IMG/VR virus record: IMGVR_UViG_3300033143_001356
Location: 1-52,244 of that record
DNA from: a virus
Lineage: Duplodnaviria; Caudoviricetes
DNA: 52,244 nt
Strand: one strand, 5' to 3'
The position numbers were made by a program, and so were the translations under genes. How positions within the stretch are numbered: the stretch's first letter is position 1; the number at the start of each line of letters is the position of its first letter. Shown piece by piece: positions 38,015 to 45,984 of this stretch. Under the pieces are notes generated by a model. The model was not told the DNA's origin. It searched no databases and saw only the letters and a list, made by a program, of their open reading frames with translations.

Positions 38015-38601
38015 ATAAATAAATTCTCGTAAACCATTTTAATTAGTTCAAAAAACTCCGACTGCGACAAATCAGATTTGGCTCGGTTGCAGTATTTACA
38101 ACAAGATACAACATTTTCAGCAATATATCCTTTTTTGCTATCTACTCTATCAACTCCGTTGTAAACATACTCTCCTTTGCGTCGGGGATGTCTCAGGATA
38201 GCAAACGGAGGCCGACCGCAATAATAACAATCACCTTTTGTTAATTTACGAAACTCAATTTTGTTTATCGCAAAAATCAACCCACGGTCTTTTGCTGTAT
38301 GCTGGTATTGGCTATATAAATGGTTAAACACAGATTCGCCAACTGCCAATTCTTTATTGTTCGGCCTGCCCCGCAAACAACCGCAAGACCTTTTGTGTCC
38401 GTTTCGTAGTTGGCTTGTTTTTGCCGTTGTTATTTGCCCACATTCACATCGGCACAACCATAACCGCTGGTTATCCTTGCCTTCTGTTCGCTCAATAACA
38501 ACCAATTTGCCAAACTTTCTGGCAAACATTGTTTCGGGTGTGCCATAAACCCCCGCATCCTCTGTATGTTTGAGCAGTGTCATAGATTTTTCGTTTGTCA
38601 T
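38011..38601 (-). CDS. HNH homing endonuclease
   Basis: FGKLVV...WLCRCECG...SCGC N-terminus; CYYCG...NGVDRVDS.KGY...NVV.CC..CN..K nuclease domain. Confidence 0.82.
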   Translation of the reverse strand: MTNEKSMTLLKHTEDAGVYGTPETMFARKFGKLVVIERTEGKDNQRLWLCRCECGQITTAKTSQLRNGHKRSCGCLRGRPNNKELAVGESVFNHLYSQYQHTAKDRGLIFAINKIEFRKLTKGDCYYCGRPPFAILRHPRRKGEYVYNGVDRVDSKKGYIAENVVSCCKYCNRAKSDLSQSEFFELIKMVYENLFI

Positions 38602-39005
38602 TTTTTTTCTTCTTCTCTCGGTAATTTAATCGCCTCATCTCTTCTTTCGATTACCTTGGTTGGAATAGCCAACTTGCAAAAATCCTCAAAGCTCTGAACT
38701 TGTTTACCCGTTTTAACTCTTGCATTTACTTGGCCAATATACATTTTCTGTATTTTGTCATCATAGAATGCTCGTACTAAATCAATAGCTACCGCGGACG
38801 AGTATTCGGCATATTGCAAACAACTCACGAGCAAATTACGAAACGCTCCCGGTTCAAGCCATTCACCAATAGCAACCTGACCGTCCCCCGTATGAACAAA
38901 AATGTCTATCTCTGGAGGCAATCCATGTTCTTTTAGATATTCTTTGTTATCCTTGCACCCACAATACTCTTTTGTTTTACATGTCGTCGTAGTTACAGCC
39001 ATCAT
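38598..39005 (-). CDS. Hypothetical protein
   Basis: Start placed at ATG 39005 behind an AGGAG RBS. Confidence 0.6.
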   Translation of the reverse strand: MMAVTTTTCKTKEYCGCKDNKEYLKEHGLPPEIDIFVHTGDGQVAIGEWLEPGAFRNLLVSCLQYAEYSSAVAIDLVRAFYDDKIQKMYIGQVNARVKTGKQVQSFEDFCKLAIPTKVIERRDEAIKLPREEEKK

Positions 39006-39166
39006 ATTTCTCCTAAAATAAAAACTTTCTTGCACTGAGGACAAGTAATATCATCACCTATGTCAGCATAACCAACTTCATCGTCAATATCGTGCGAGCA
39101 ATACGGGCAGGCCGCAACCAATACCTCTCGTACATCCCAATCCCTGCAAACTTTCTTTTTGACCAT
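39002..39166 (-). CDS. Zinc-ribbon protein
   Basis: CPYC...CPQC; AGGAG RBS before ATG 39166. Confidence 0.6.
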   Translation of the reverse strand: MVKKKVCRDWDVREVLVAACPYCSHDIDDEVGYADIGDDITCPQCKKVFILGEI

Positions 39167-39213
39167 ATTCTTTCTCCTAAACACAAATTACATTGTTATG
39201 AATTCTTCGTTTT

Positions 39214-39654
39214 TCATAGCGAAACTGGTCCCCAATACCCTTTAATGAACCCGCCACAGAATCCTTTTACGGTAGAACTCATACACAGCGAATATGTAGC
39301 ATCTGCCGTTAAACACGCAATAGGGTCGTCCTTGAAGTCCCATACCTGAGATAATCCGCCACTGTACGAAGAGTCTCCTGCCGGAAGGGTGACTATTTTT
39401 AGCCCTGTTGACCCGTCCATCACCGATAGGGCACCGCCGGAAGAATCACCAGCGGTAAGCTGAATATATTCCAGCCAGAACGCAGACTTCGTTATATCCG
39501 CATTGGTCGGGTCCTTGCCGAATATCCGCTCGTCGGTACCGCCGGTACTGTCGAACTCAATACCGTATTTACCACTGTTGAAATGAAGAAAATTTCCGTA
39601 TCCTACAGTAAACTCACAGCACCCCGACATATCTGAACTTGTTACTAATGCCAT
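39214..39654 (-). CDS. Putative virion surface protein
   Basis: 146 aa, beta-rich, Gly/Ser/Thr-rich, with dense D-x-S/T motifs; AGGAG RBS. Confidence 0.55.
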   Translation of the reverse strand: MALVTSSDMSGCCEFTVGYGNFLHFNSGKYGIEFDSTGGTDERIFGKDPTNADITKSAFWLEYIQLTAGDSSGGALSVMDGSTGLKIVTLPAGDSSYSGGLSQVWDFKDDPIACLTADATYSLCMSSTVKGFCGGFIKGYWGPVSL

Positions 39655-39663
39655 TATAAACTC

Positions 39664-40155
39664 CTAAAAATAAGCTACATACGAATTCATCCCTGTGGCC
39701 TGACCGCCTGCCCCAATAGCAGTAAACTGCGATATAACATATTTAAATCCACATAAATCAAAACAAACTTTACATATTCTGTTATTACCGCTGTCTATTG
39801 CTACCGGAACGTCATACCACGAACCGGGATTAGTTATATTTATCGTGTCGGCATACCGAGTCCCTATCTCGGAAAGAGCCGCACCCAAAATACCTGTGCC
39901 GGAAGCTATGATCTCGCCTGGGCCTACCTGGTCTTGCCCTACGGCACGATAACCATGCAGTGACCATGAAAACGTCGCGTCGTCTGCTCCAGTACCTATG
40001 AAGATGACTGTGACGCCACCAGCGGCAGGACCGGCCTCCCACACGTCAGAAGGCATATCTGTACTCTTGTATGACGTAAGCGTGGCGTCTGCGGTGGTTA
40101 TAATAGAACTCCGCATAGCCTCATAACTCGATTGTATTGTGTGCTGCATACCCAT
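39664..40155 (-). CDS. Putative virion protein
   Basis: 163 aa, beta-rich; first gene after the late leader. Confidence 0.5.
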   Translation of the reverse strand: MGMQHTIQSSYEAMRSSIITTADATLTSYKSTDMPSDVWEAGPAAGGVTVIFIGTGADDATFSWSLHGYRAVGQDQVGPGEIIASGTGILGAALSEIGTRYADTINITNPGSWYDVPVAIDSGNNRICKVCFDLCGFKYVISQFTAIGAGGQATGMNSYVAYF

Positions 40156-40163
40156 AATATCGG

Positions 40164-40246
40164 TTAGTAACCGGTTACCAAAAGGGTTACTAAATCCTTG
40201 TTTTTGCTATCATAAACGCAGTAACCTCGGAATTACATGGTTACTG
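40164..40246. promoter_or_regulatory. Two palindromic operator-like sites, AGTAACC-N12-GGTTACT
   Basis: ttagtaacc-ggttaccaaaag-ggttactaa (40164-40193) and cagtaacc-tcggaattacat-ggttactg (40219-40246). Confidence 0.6.
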
Positions 40247-40260
40247 TCGTCAAGGGCAAC

Positions 40261-40304
40261 AAAAAAAGCGACCGCTAAGGAGTTAGGTCCCTAACGACCG
40301 CTTT
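40261..40304 (-). terminator. Intrinsic terminator upstream of the structural genes
   Basis: AAAGCGGTCGTTAGGGA-CCTAAC-TCCTTAGCGGTCGC followed by T7. Confidence 0.72.
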
Positions 40305-40348
40305 GATTGTTCTTTAGCTAACCTCTGCCTGCCGGTTTCGGTTAGACC

Positions 40349-40405
40349 CTATTTAGTTTCTACATCAATTTGTATCCATTCGTTATTTATTAAGTACCAA
40401 GTCAT
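40349..40405 (-). CDS. 18-aa leader-like peptide
   Basis: MTWYLINNEWIQIDVETK*, with AGGAG RBS; ends at the structured leader. Confidence 0.35.
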   Translation of the reverse strand: MTWYLINNEWIQIDVETK

Positions 40406-40414
40406 ACTACTCTC

Positions 40415-40624
40415 CTAAGCTACTGCCTTTGTAAATCTCACGAAAGCCATGTCTTGTCTCCCACATCGTTTACAAGTACCCTGTGTCGATGGTTTCTCTC
40501 CTGAACCAGACTGACTCATAAACTTATTCACAGATAAACTTTTCGGGGCCTCGAGGTCTTCTCCGCAAACTGGGCAATCAGCCGTGAATAACGCGCCGCC
40601 GTATTGAATCAATTTTCTGCTCAT
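40415..40624 (-). CDS. Zinc-ribbon protein
   Basis: CPVCG...CKRCG; AGGAG RBS. Confidence 0.6.
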   Translation of the reverse strand: MSRKLIQYGGALFTADCPVCGEDLEAPKSLSVNKFMSQSGSGEKPSTQGTCKRCGRQDMAFVRFTKAVA

Positions 40625-40638
40625 ACTACTCTCCTAAG

Positions 40639-40794
40639 CTACTTCCACAAATTAAAGTCTTGGCTCTGGGGGTTTCCCAGTTCATCAGAAGCCCTGCCTA
40701 AACATATAATCAACATTACCACTGACCAGCCAGCCACAACCAATATCACATAAGCCGCTATTTCAGCAATCAAATGTATTTCCGCGTCGCTCAT
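40639..40794 (-). CDS. Small membrane protein (51 aa)
   Basis: MSDAEIHLIAEIAAYVILVVAGWSVVMLIICLG...; AGGAG RBS; manual translation. Confidence 0.5.
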   Translation of the reverse strand: MSDAEIHLIAEIAAYVILVVAGWSVVMLIICLGRASDELGNPQSQDFNLWK

Positions 40795-41051
40795 ACTACT
40801 CTCCTTGAGGGGTTAGGCTGTCCTCGGAATCCACAATCAGGACACACCAACACAACCTCGTTTATGTCTGTATCTGGGTGTATCTCTTCATAAGTAGCAT
40901 TGAACTCCTTACACTCTGGGCATACGAAAACCGGTAAAGGTGCTTGTTCCTCGTCGGGGAGCGAATTACAGAAATCCTCGAATTTTTCAACTTCTGCTTC
41001 TGTCGGGTTTACACTCGGCATTGCCACTTTTTCCATTCCTGTTCTATCCAT
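40791..41051 (-). CDS. Zinc-ribbon protein
   Basis: CPEC...CPDCG. Confidence 0.6.
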   Translation of the reverse strand: MDRTGMEKVAMPSVNPTEAEVEKFEDFCNSLPDEEQAPLPVFVCPECKEFNATYEEIHPDTDINEVVLVCPDCGFRGQPNPSRRVV

Positions 41052-41064
41052 TTTTCTCTTTCTC

Positions 41065-41340
41065 CTATACTGAATTAACTGGGTCCATTGTTCCTATTGC
41101 CTCTTCTGGGTAACGGTCACTCGTCCGCATATATTTCTCGATTAAGAGGAGTAGGCAGTTTTGGCATAAGTCACATTCTACATTTGTGCCGTCACCAAAC
41201 CTTGACTCGTAACCACCAGTAAATCTTATATGATGAAACTCCTGCATCTCCATCGGGTTATTGTATTCTTTCTTGCAACGGTCGCATTGCTTGGCAATCG
41301 TTTGCTCATAAGCTTTGTCGTAAGTCATTGTCTTTATCAT
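41065..41340 (-). CDS. Zinc-binding hypothetical phage protein
   Basis: CDRC...GY.S.FGDG....DLCQ.C motif. Confidence 0.65.
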   Translation of the reverse strand: MIKTMTYDKAYEQTIAKQCDRCKKEYNNPMEMQEFHHIRFTGGYESRFGDGTNVECDLCQNCLLLLIEKYMRTSDRYPEEAIGTMDPVNSV

Positions 41341-41355
41341 ATCGCAAATACTCCG

Positions 41356-41580
41356 TTAACTTACTTCACCTAAACAATTACATCCGGGTTTCCAATTACC
41401 ACACCGGGTACATCTTGTTGGTTCTGATAAAGCCTGGATTTTGTCCACAAACATCTTGGCCTCTTTGATGTCAGTATTATATAATTTCATAATCAACGCT
41501 ATAGCCTTTATTTTCTCGCCACACGGCAACAGAGTATTTGTAATCTCTATAGCAAATATCGCTTTGTCTATCTCGCTCAT
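41356..41580 (-). CDS. Hypothetical protein with a ribosomal L7/L12 C-terminal-like motif
   Basis: GEKIKAI..I.......IKEAK.FVD pattern. Confidence 0.45.
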   Translation of the reverse strand: MSEIDKAIFAIEITNTLLPCGEKIKAIALIMKLYNTDIKEAKMFVDKIQALSEPTRCTRCGNWKPGCNCLGEVS

Positions 41581-41728
41581 ACTGCCATTACTCCGTTAAC
41601 TTCTTTAAAACTACGCCGGGGCCGGGATTCGACCAACGACCCTGACGTAAGACCCACGATACTATCATGGGCGTAGCTAAACTGGAAACAACTGTCTTGC
41701 CGAAACTCCTGATTGATACCCTTATTTC

Positions 41729-42001
41729 TCATCCCATCTCCAATCGCCAATTAGGAACATCAGCATATTTAGCCTTGCACTCTTCCAGGGTAAGACTGGC
41801 CATGTCTTCACGGATAAGTCGGTTGCGTTCACCGGCATCCATCGGAACCTCAATCACCGGCGAAGTCTTACTGAACACCGGAACCATCTGGGTCTTAACA
41901 CAGGTCTTAACAGAATCATGGGTCTTAACAGCACGACGCTCACGCATATATTCTTTCATGTACGTCTTCTGGTAATCCTTCTTAGCTTGGCCGGTTAGCA
42001 T
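41729..42001 (-). CDS. Hypothetical protein
   Basis: KKDYQK.YM.EYMR.RR basic helix followed by VKT repeats. Confidence 0.55.
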   Translation of the reverse strand: MLTGQAKKDYQKTYMKEYMRERRAVKTHDSVKTCVKTQMVPVFSKTSPVIEVPMDAGERNRLIREDMASLTLEECKAKYADVPNWRLEMG

Positions 42002-42507
42002 TTAGGCTCCAAACATAAAAAAATCAGGTTAACAACACAACCAATCGCTATGCCTATCATAATCTGCATTTTCAGGTCCATATAAATAGGGGTCCCATCC
42101 TAAGGGGTCCATAAAAGGGACTCCGGTTTATTTGACTCGTAACAACGAAACATCGTCCTTATCATGCTCTATGGGACGCCTACGCCGTTTAGGAGGCTGT
42201 AACTGGCCCTTAACTATGCGGATGATGCTGCCGGGACCGCAAACCCTGCCTAATGCGTCTCTTGGTACTAAATAAGCCATAATACTAACCTTTCCAATGT
42301 AAAGGGCCTTGAATATTTACACACTATACTTCACCCCCCTATGTTTCGGGGTAGGGCCTTCCCTGTGCCGTCCTGGTTGCTTAGGGGTACTTATGCCCCC
42401 TTGGTCACGTTCGGGCAGTGGCGCGGCTGCTGTGGCCTGTGAGAGCATAGTATAGAGCGCAGGTGTATCCATTAGGTGAGCGAATTGCATGTTCCACTGC
42501 TTACTCA

Positions 42508-42999
42508 TCAGTTCCTCTCTATACCGCTGGGCTGGGCGTGCATACGATCTATAAGGTCTAACCGCTTGCGCAGCCGCTGTTCTTCTGTTAGAGCTGTACT
42601 ATGATCTATATTCACCTGTATAGGCGTATCCTTGGTGTCCTCCAAGCCGCAAACGTTGTCTAGTTGTTTGAGTACAGTGTGCATTATCCGTATAGCCTCT
42701 TTATCAGGAGCAGCACAGACAGTACCGTCTTTATTATAGACTAATGACGCGCAAACAGCAAGTAAAGCCTCTTTGCGCTTCTTACTTTCGTGTAAATTGT
42801 AGTCGAAATCCGCTTTGGTTGCATCGTCTATACGCTTTATTGCTTGGACTACGTGAACATTAGTAAACAATCTTAATCCTAACCTTTTGCTGTACAGTTC
42901 ACTGTATCCCCCTGCTTGTAATGCTCTTGACTTACACCTATGCTTGCAAAAGTCCCTTGCTATTGCATCTACCGTGCTTTTGTCTTTTATGCTTGGCAT
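42508..42999 (-). CDS. terS: Terminase small subunit (putative)
   Basis: N-terminal HTH (A....GYS......G.RL.....V..AI), helical oligomerisation region (L....GL), strong upstream promoter. Confidence 0.65.
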   Translation of the reverse strand: MPSIKDKSTVDAIARDFCKHRCKSRALQAGGYSELYSKRLGLRLFTNVHVVQAIKRIDDATKADFDYNLHESKKRKEALLAVCASLVYNKDGTVCAAPDKEAIRIMHTVLKQLDNVCGLEDTKDTPIQVNIDHSTALTEEQRLRKRLDLIDRMHAQPSGIERN

Positions 43000-43024
43000 A
43001 GTTCACCTCTTAACTGTCATAAAT

Positions 43025-43053
43025 AGTATACACCAAAACTATACACTTGTCAA
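43025..43053 (-). promoter_or_regulatory. Consensus sigma70 promoter driving terS and the late operon
   Basis: TTGACA-N17-TATACT. Confidence 0.75.
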
Positions 43054-43187
43054 ATGATTATATGTTTTATTTGCATTATTTTTTTATTTATACGCTGTAA
43101 AGATAAAAATATATTTATTTAAAGATTTTATGTCCTTACCCTATAAGCACTTACATCACCATTTTATACTTTCTTGTATTTTCTTGC

Positions 43188-43215
43188 TTGACATTGTATA
43201 TTCTTGTGTTATACT
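43188..43215 (+). promoter_or_regulatory. Divergent sigma70 promoter for the plus-strand early block
   Basis: TTGACA-N16-TATACT with a TGn extended -10 and AT-rich upstream sequence. Confidence 0.75.
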
Positions 43216-43259
43216 CTATATGTAAGGATAACAAGTTTATTACTTTTAAGGAGTTAGTT

Positions 43260-43601
43260 ATGAATACCGCACAAGCAAGAGCAAACGCAGTATCCCGCAA
43301 ACGCTCTTTACTTATGACTATTCGCATGAATAAGGGTTATAAGGGTTATTCCAGCTTTGCAGGAGGACATTCAGCATCGGATAGACTTCGTATAATAGCA
43401 GAATGTGAAGTTGAACTCAAATCCCTCGTTATACCTGAAATCAAAACAGAGATTACTGGCTATGCGTTCGAAGAGCCAAATGGTGATTATATCGGAGCTA
43501 TCTATAATCCTGATCTTGCAGAAGCTATCGAAAATGTGATGGAATACGCCGAATGTACTGAGTCTGAGCTTAAATATGAAACGATAACTAAAACATTCTA
43601 A
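43260..43601 (+). CDS. Hypothetical early protein
   Basis: Start placed at ATG 43260 behind a TAAGGAG RBS. Confidence 0.7.
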   Translation: MNTAQARANAVSRKRSLLMTIRMNKGYKGYSSFAGGHSASDRLRIIAECEVELKSLVIPEIKTEITGYAFEEPNGDYIGAIYNPDLAEAIENVMEYAECTESELKYETITKTF

Positions 43602-43644
43602 CCACTAACCGCCTTAACGGGCACTAAATCAAAGGAGTATTGAA

Positions 43645-43782
43645 ATGGCAAAGAAAATAGAATTTCCAGAAAACCATGAAGTTTGCGAAAAGATGTCGTG
43701 TATTGACAAAGAAAACGAAGGGAAAATCATTTTGTCTTGCGAAAAATGCCAAGACCGCGAAATTTGCATGATGACCGACTAA
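43645..43782 (+). CDS. Small Cys-containing protein (45 aa)
   Basis: MAKKIEFPENHEVC...ICMMTD*; AAGGAG RBS. Confidence 0.55.
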   Translation: MAKKIEFPENHEVCEKMSCIDKENEGKIILSCEKCQDREICMMTD

Positions 43783-43869
43783 ACCCTCTCACCCGCACCC
43801 CGATCACGGCTCTTTTCGATGCAGGGCAGCGGGCTTAACTATAATGTGTTTTTGTAAGGAGTAAGAATT

Positions 43870-44481
43870 ATGACAAGATTAAACACAAAGAAACAAAGAG
43901 AGGCTTACCAAGATTCTCAAGTTGAGGTTCTGATGGATAAGCCAAATGCAGAAAAGCGTATTATCTATGATTTGATTATCGTCGCTTACGATTCATCTTT
44001 TAGCGGCACGATTCGCCCTTGTTTGAAGATATTCAGGGGTACTGCGTCAAGACCTATCGCCAATTTCTATTATCACACAAAAGAACAGCGGGAAACAGCC
44101 ATAGATTCTTATGTAAACTCTGCCGAAAGCCGTATAGCACGAAAAGCCGAGAAACAAAGAGAAAAAAAATCATTCACACCTACCTTAAAGATCGACGATA
44201 TTTTATATACTTCGTGGGGTTACGATCAAACGAACGTTGATTTTTTCCAAATAGTCGGAACAAAAGGGTGTTTTGTTAAAGTACGGCAGATAATGAGCCA
44301 ACAAGTTGAGGGAACCGGCGGGTTCATGTGCTGTAATGTAATGCCCCAAAAAGGGTGTTTCTTTATGGGCAAGCCCGCTTTAAGACGTAAGGTCTGCCAA
44401 GGTAATACACTGCGGATTAGTGAATGTGAAACCGCCTGGCTCTGGGATGGCTCGGCAAAGTATTGTTCTTGGTATGCTTAA
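43870..44481 (+). CDS. Conserved phage early protein
   Basis: DILYTSWGYDQTNVDFFQIV motif and ...SWYA ending, both common in phage and MGE leading regions. Confidence 0.75.
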   Translation: MTRLNTKKQREAYQDSQVEVLMDKPNAEKRIIYDLIIVAYDSSFSGTIRPCLKIFRGTASRPIANFYYHTKEQRETAIDSYVNSAESRIARKAEKQREKKSFTPTLKIDDILYTSWGYDQTNVDFFQIVGTKGCFVKVRQIMSQQVEGTGGFMCCNVMPQKGCFFMGKPALRRKVCQGNTLRISECETAWLWDGSAKYCSWYA

Positions 44482-44550
44482 ACTTACTCCGCCCGTCATT
44501 CCTGGGCTGCGTTGGTCTGGGAGTGATGGGCTTAACTTAGGAGAATTATT

Positions 44551-44796
44551 ATGGAACAAGAAATACCAAAGAGTAGCACTTTTGTATATTGCCGGTATTG
44601 TGCCGGTCGGGTCTGGAATAATACAAAGTGTGACCGATGCGGAAAAAAAGATGCCCAGCCTGACTTGCTGGCAGCGTGTGAGAAGATACAAAAGCTGGCT
44701 GTCCATGCGTCTAATGACGATAAAATCGTGTTATCTGGACAGCTTTCAGGTATATGGGCTATGGCCGACGATGCCATTCGTGAAGCCACAAAATAA
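44551..44796 (+). CDS. Hypothetical protein
   Basis: AGGAG RBS; CRYC...CDRC and PDLLAAC motifs. Confidence 0.65.
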   Translation: MEQEIPKSSTFVYCRYCAGRVWNNTKCDRCGKKDAQPDLLAACEKIQKLAVHASNDDKIVLSGQLSGIWAMADDAIREATK

Positions 44797-44810
44797 ATTT
44801 TATTTTTATC

Positions 44811-44839
44811 TTGACTTGTTGGCTCTGTTGCTGTATATT
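44811..44839 (+). promoter_or_regulatory. Sigma70-type promoter
   Basis: TTGACT-N17-TATATT. Confidence 0.55.
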
Positions 44840-44881
44840 AGTACACAGCAACTAATTATCCTATAAATAGAAAGGCGAGCC

Positions 44882-45337
44882 ATGGAAACCAAACCTTGCA
44901 GTAAATGCAAGAAAACAAAGGCTATCAGCGAGTTTTATGTATCGACTTGCGGTGTAGACAGCCAATGTAAAGAATGCAGGCGAGAGAAAGGGAGAATCTA
45001 CAATCGGACTCCTAAAAGAATAAAATACAACAATATGCACCGTGAACGACTTAGAGCCGCAGGCCATTACAAAGAATATTACCAGCGGCCAGAAGTTAAG
45101 AAAAGGAAAGCAGAACAAATGCAAAAATATAGCAATGACCCTGCTTTGGCGATTAAACACATGGCGAGAAGAATAGTTCGGAACAATAAGCGTAATGGAG
45201 CCATCAATCAACAGCCCTGCGTGATGTGCGGCAAAGAGCAAACAGAAGCCCATCACCTTGACTATGACAGGCCGCTACTGATTGTTTGGATGTGTCCCGA
45301 TTGTCATAGAAAAGAACACGCCGCTGCTACTAACTAA
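44882..45337 (+). CDS. HNH-like endonuclease / zinc-finger protein
   Basis: CSKC...CKEC N-terminus; PC..CG....EAHH.DY..PL...W.C..CH...H C-terminus. Confidence 0.75.
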   Translation: METKPCSKCKKTKAISEFYVSTCGVDSQCKECRREKGRIYNRTPKRIKYNNMHRERLRAAGHYKEYYQRPEVKKRKAEQMQKYSNDPALAIKHMARRIVRNNKRNGAINQQPCVMCGKEQTEAHHLDYDRPLLIVWMCPDCHRKEHAAATN

Positions 45338-45374
45338 CCGCCCCGCTGGGGCTTAACTTAGGAGAATATGTATT

Positions 45375-45551
45375 ATGGACTTGGACAAAGAAATAAAAGA
45401 AAAGGTTTACAAGTATCTGGATGATTTGCGTGAATCTGGCATAACTAATATGTTCGGTTCAAGGCCCTATTTGATAGAAGAATTTGGCTTTGAAGACAAA
45501 GAAGCCGCTGACTGGCTCACGAACTGGATGAAGGATTTCGGTAAGGCTTAA
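45375..45551 (+). CDS. Conserved small phage protein (58 aa)
   Basis: YLDDLRESGITNMFG..PYL...F...L..WM motif; AGGAG RBS; manual translation. Confidence 0.7.
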   Translation: MDLDKEIKEKVYKYLDDLRESGITNMFGSRPYLIEEFGFEDKEAADWLTNWMKDFGKA

Positions 45552-45581
45552 CCCCGTCTATCGGGTAGAAAGGAATGTATT

Positions 45582-45761
45582 ATGAGATGTAACGATTGCA
45601 AGAGCAAGAGGCCCTGTTTCCACTATGCGGGTGAATTTGGTGTTGGGTTTGGTATAGACTATGGATTTAATTCCAATTTATGCCCTAACTTCAAACCCCG
45701 CTTCTCCCTCATCCGTCTGTTAAAATCTGCGTGGGCTGGTATATGGGCTACTTTTAAGTGA
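45582..45761 (+). CDS. Small hypothetical protein (59 aa)
   Basis: MRCNDC...CPNFKP...; AAGGA RBS. Confidence 0.5.
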   Translation: MRCNDCKSKRPCFHYAGEFGVGFGIDYGFNSNLCPNFKPRFSLIRLLKSAWAGIWATFK

Positions 45762-45768
45762 AAGGAGA

Positions 45769-45984
45769 ATGAATATGGATAGAACAGCAAACTTAATCGA
45801 CCACAAAACCGAGCGTAACGGCTCGTGTGTCGCTTACGCACTTGACCCTACCAAAGACAACGGCGAGGCAATGGTGGCCGCGCAGGACGTACTCAGGGGC
45901 GTTAAACACGAGTGTAGAGTGTTGGCTGACCAATGGGTTATGACAGATAGAATGAAAGAATTATATTTTGATTGGAGTTTGTAA
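45769..45984 (+). CDS. Hypothetical protein
   Basis: 71-aa ORF whose stop overlaps the methylase start. Confidence 0.55.
   Translation: MNMDRTANLIDHKTERNGSCVAYALDPTKDNGEAMVAAQDVLRGVKHECRVLADQWVMTDRMKELYFDWSL

Larger units (their letters stand above)
40402..40805. repeat. Repeated gene-junction element tcatactactctcct(aagctact)
   Basis: 23-bp exact copies at 40402-40424 and 40621-40643; a 15-bp copy at 40791-40805. Confidence 0.85.

Noticed and set aside
40402-41602. CRISPR array or integron attC cassettes
   Set aside because: The repeats are few, unevenly spaced and made of stop-RBS-start sequence. The intervening DNA is whole genes, and there is no cas gene or integron integrase.
41611-41650. 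tRNA fragment (GGTCGAATCC resembles a T-loop)
   Set aside because: It folds as a single long hairpin with no cloverleaf, so it is more likely a terminator or processing stem.
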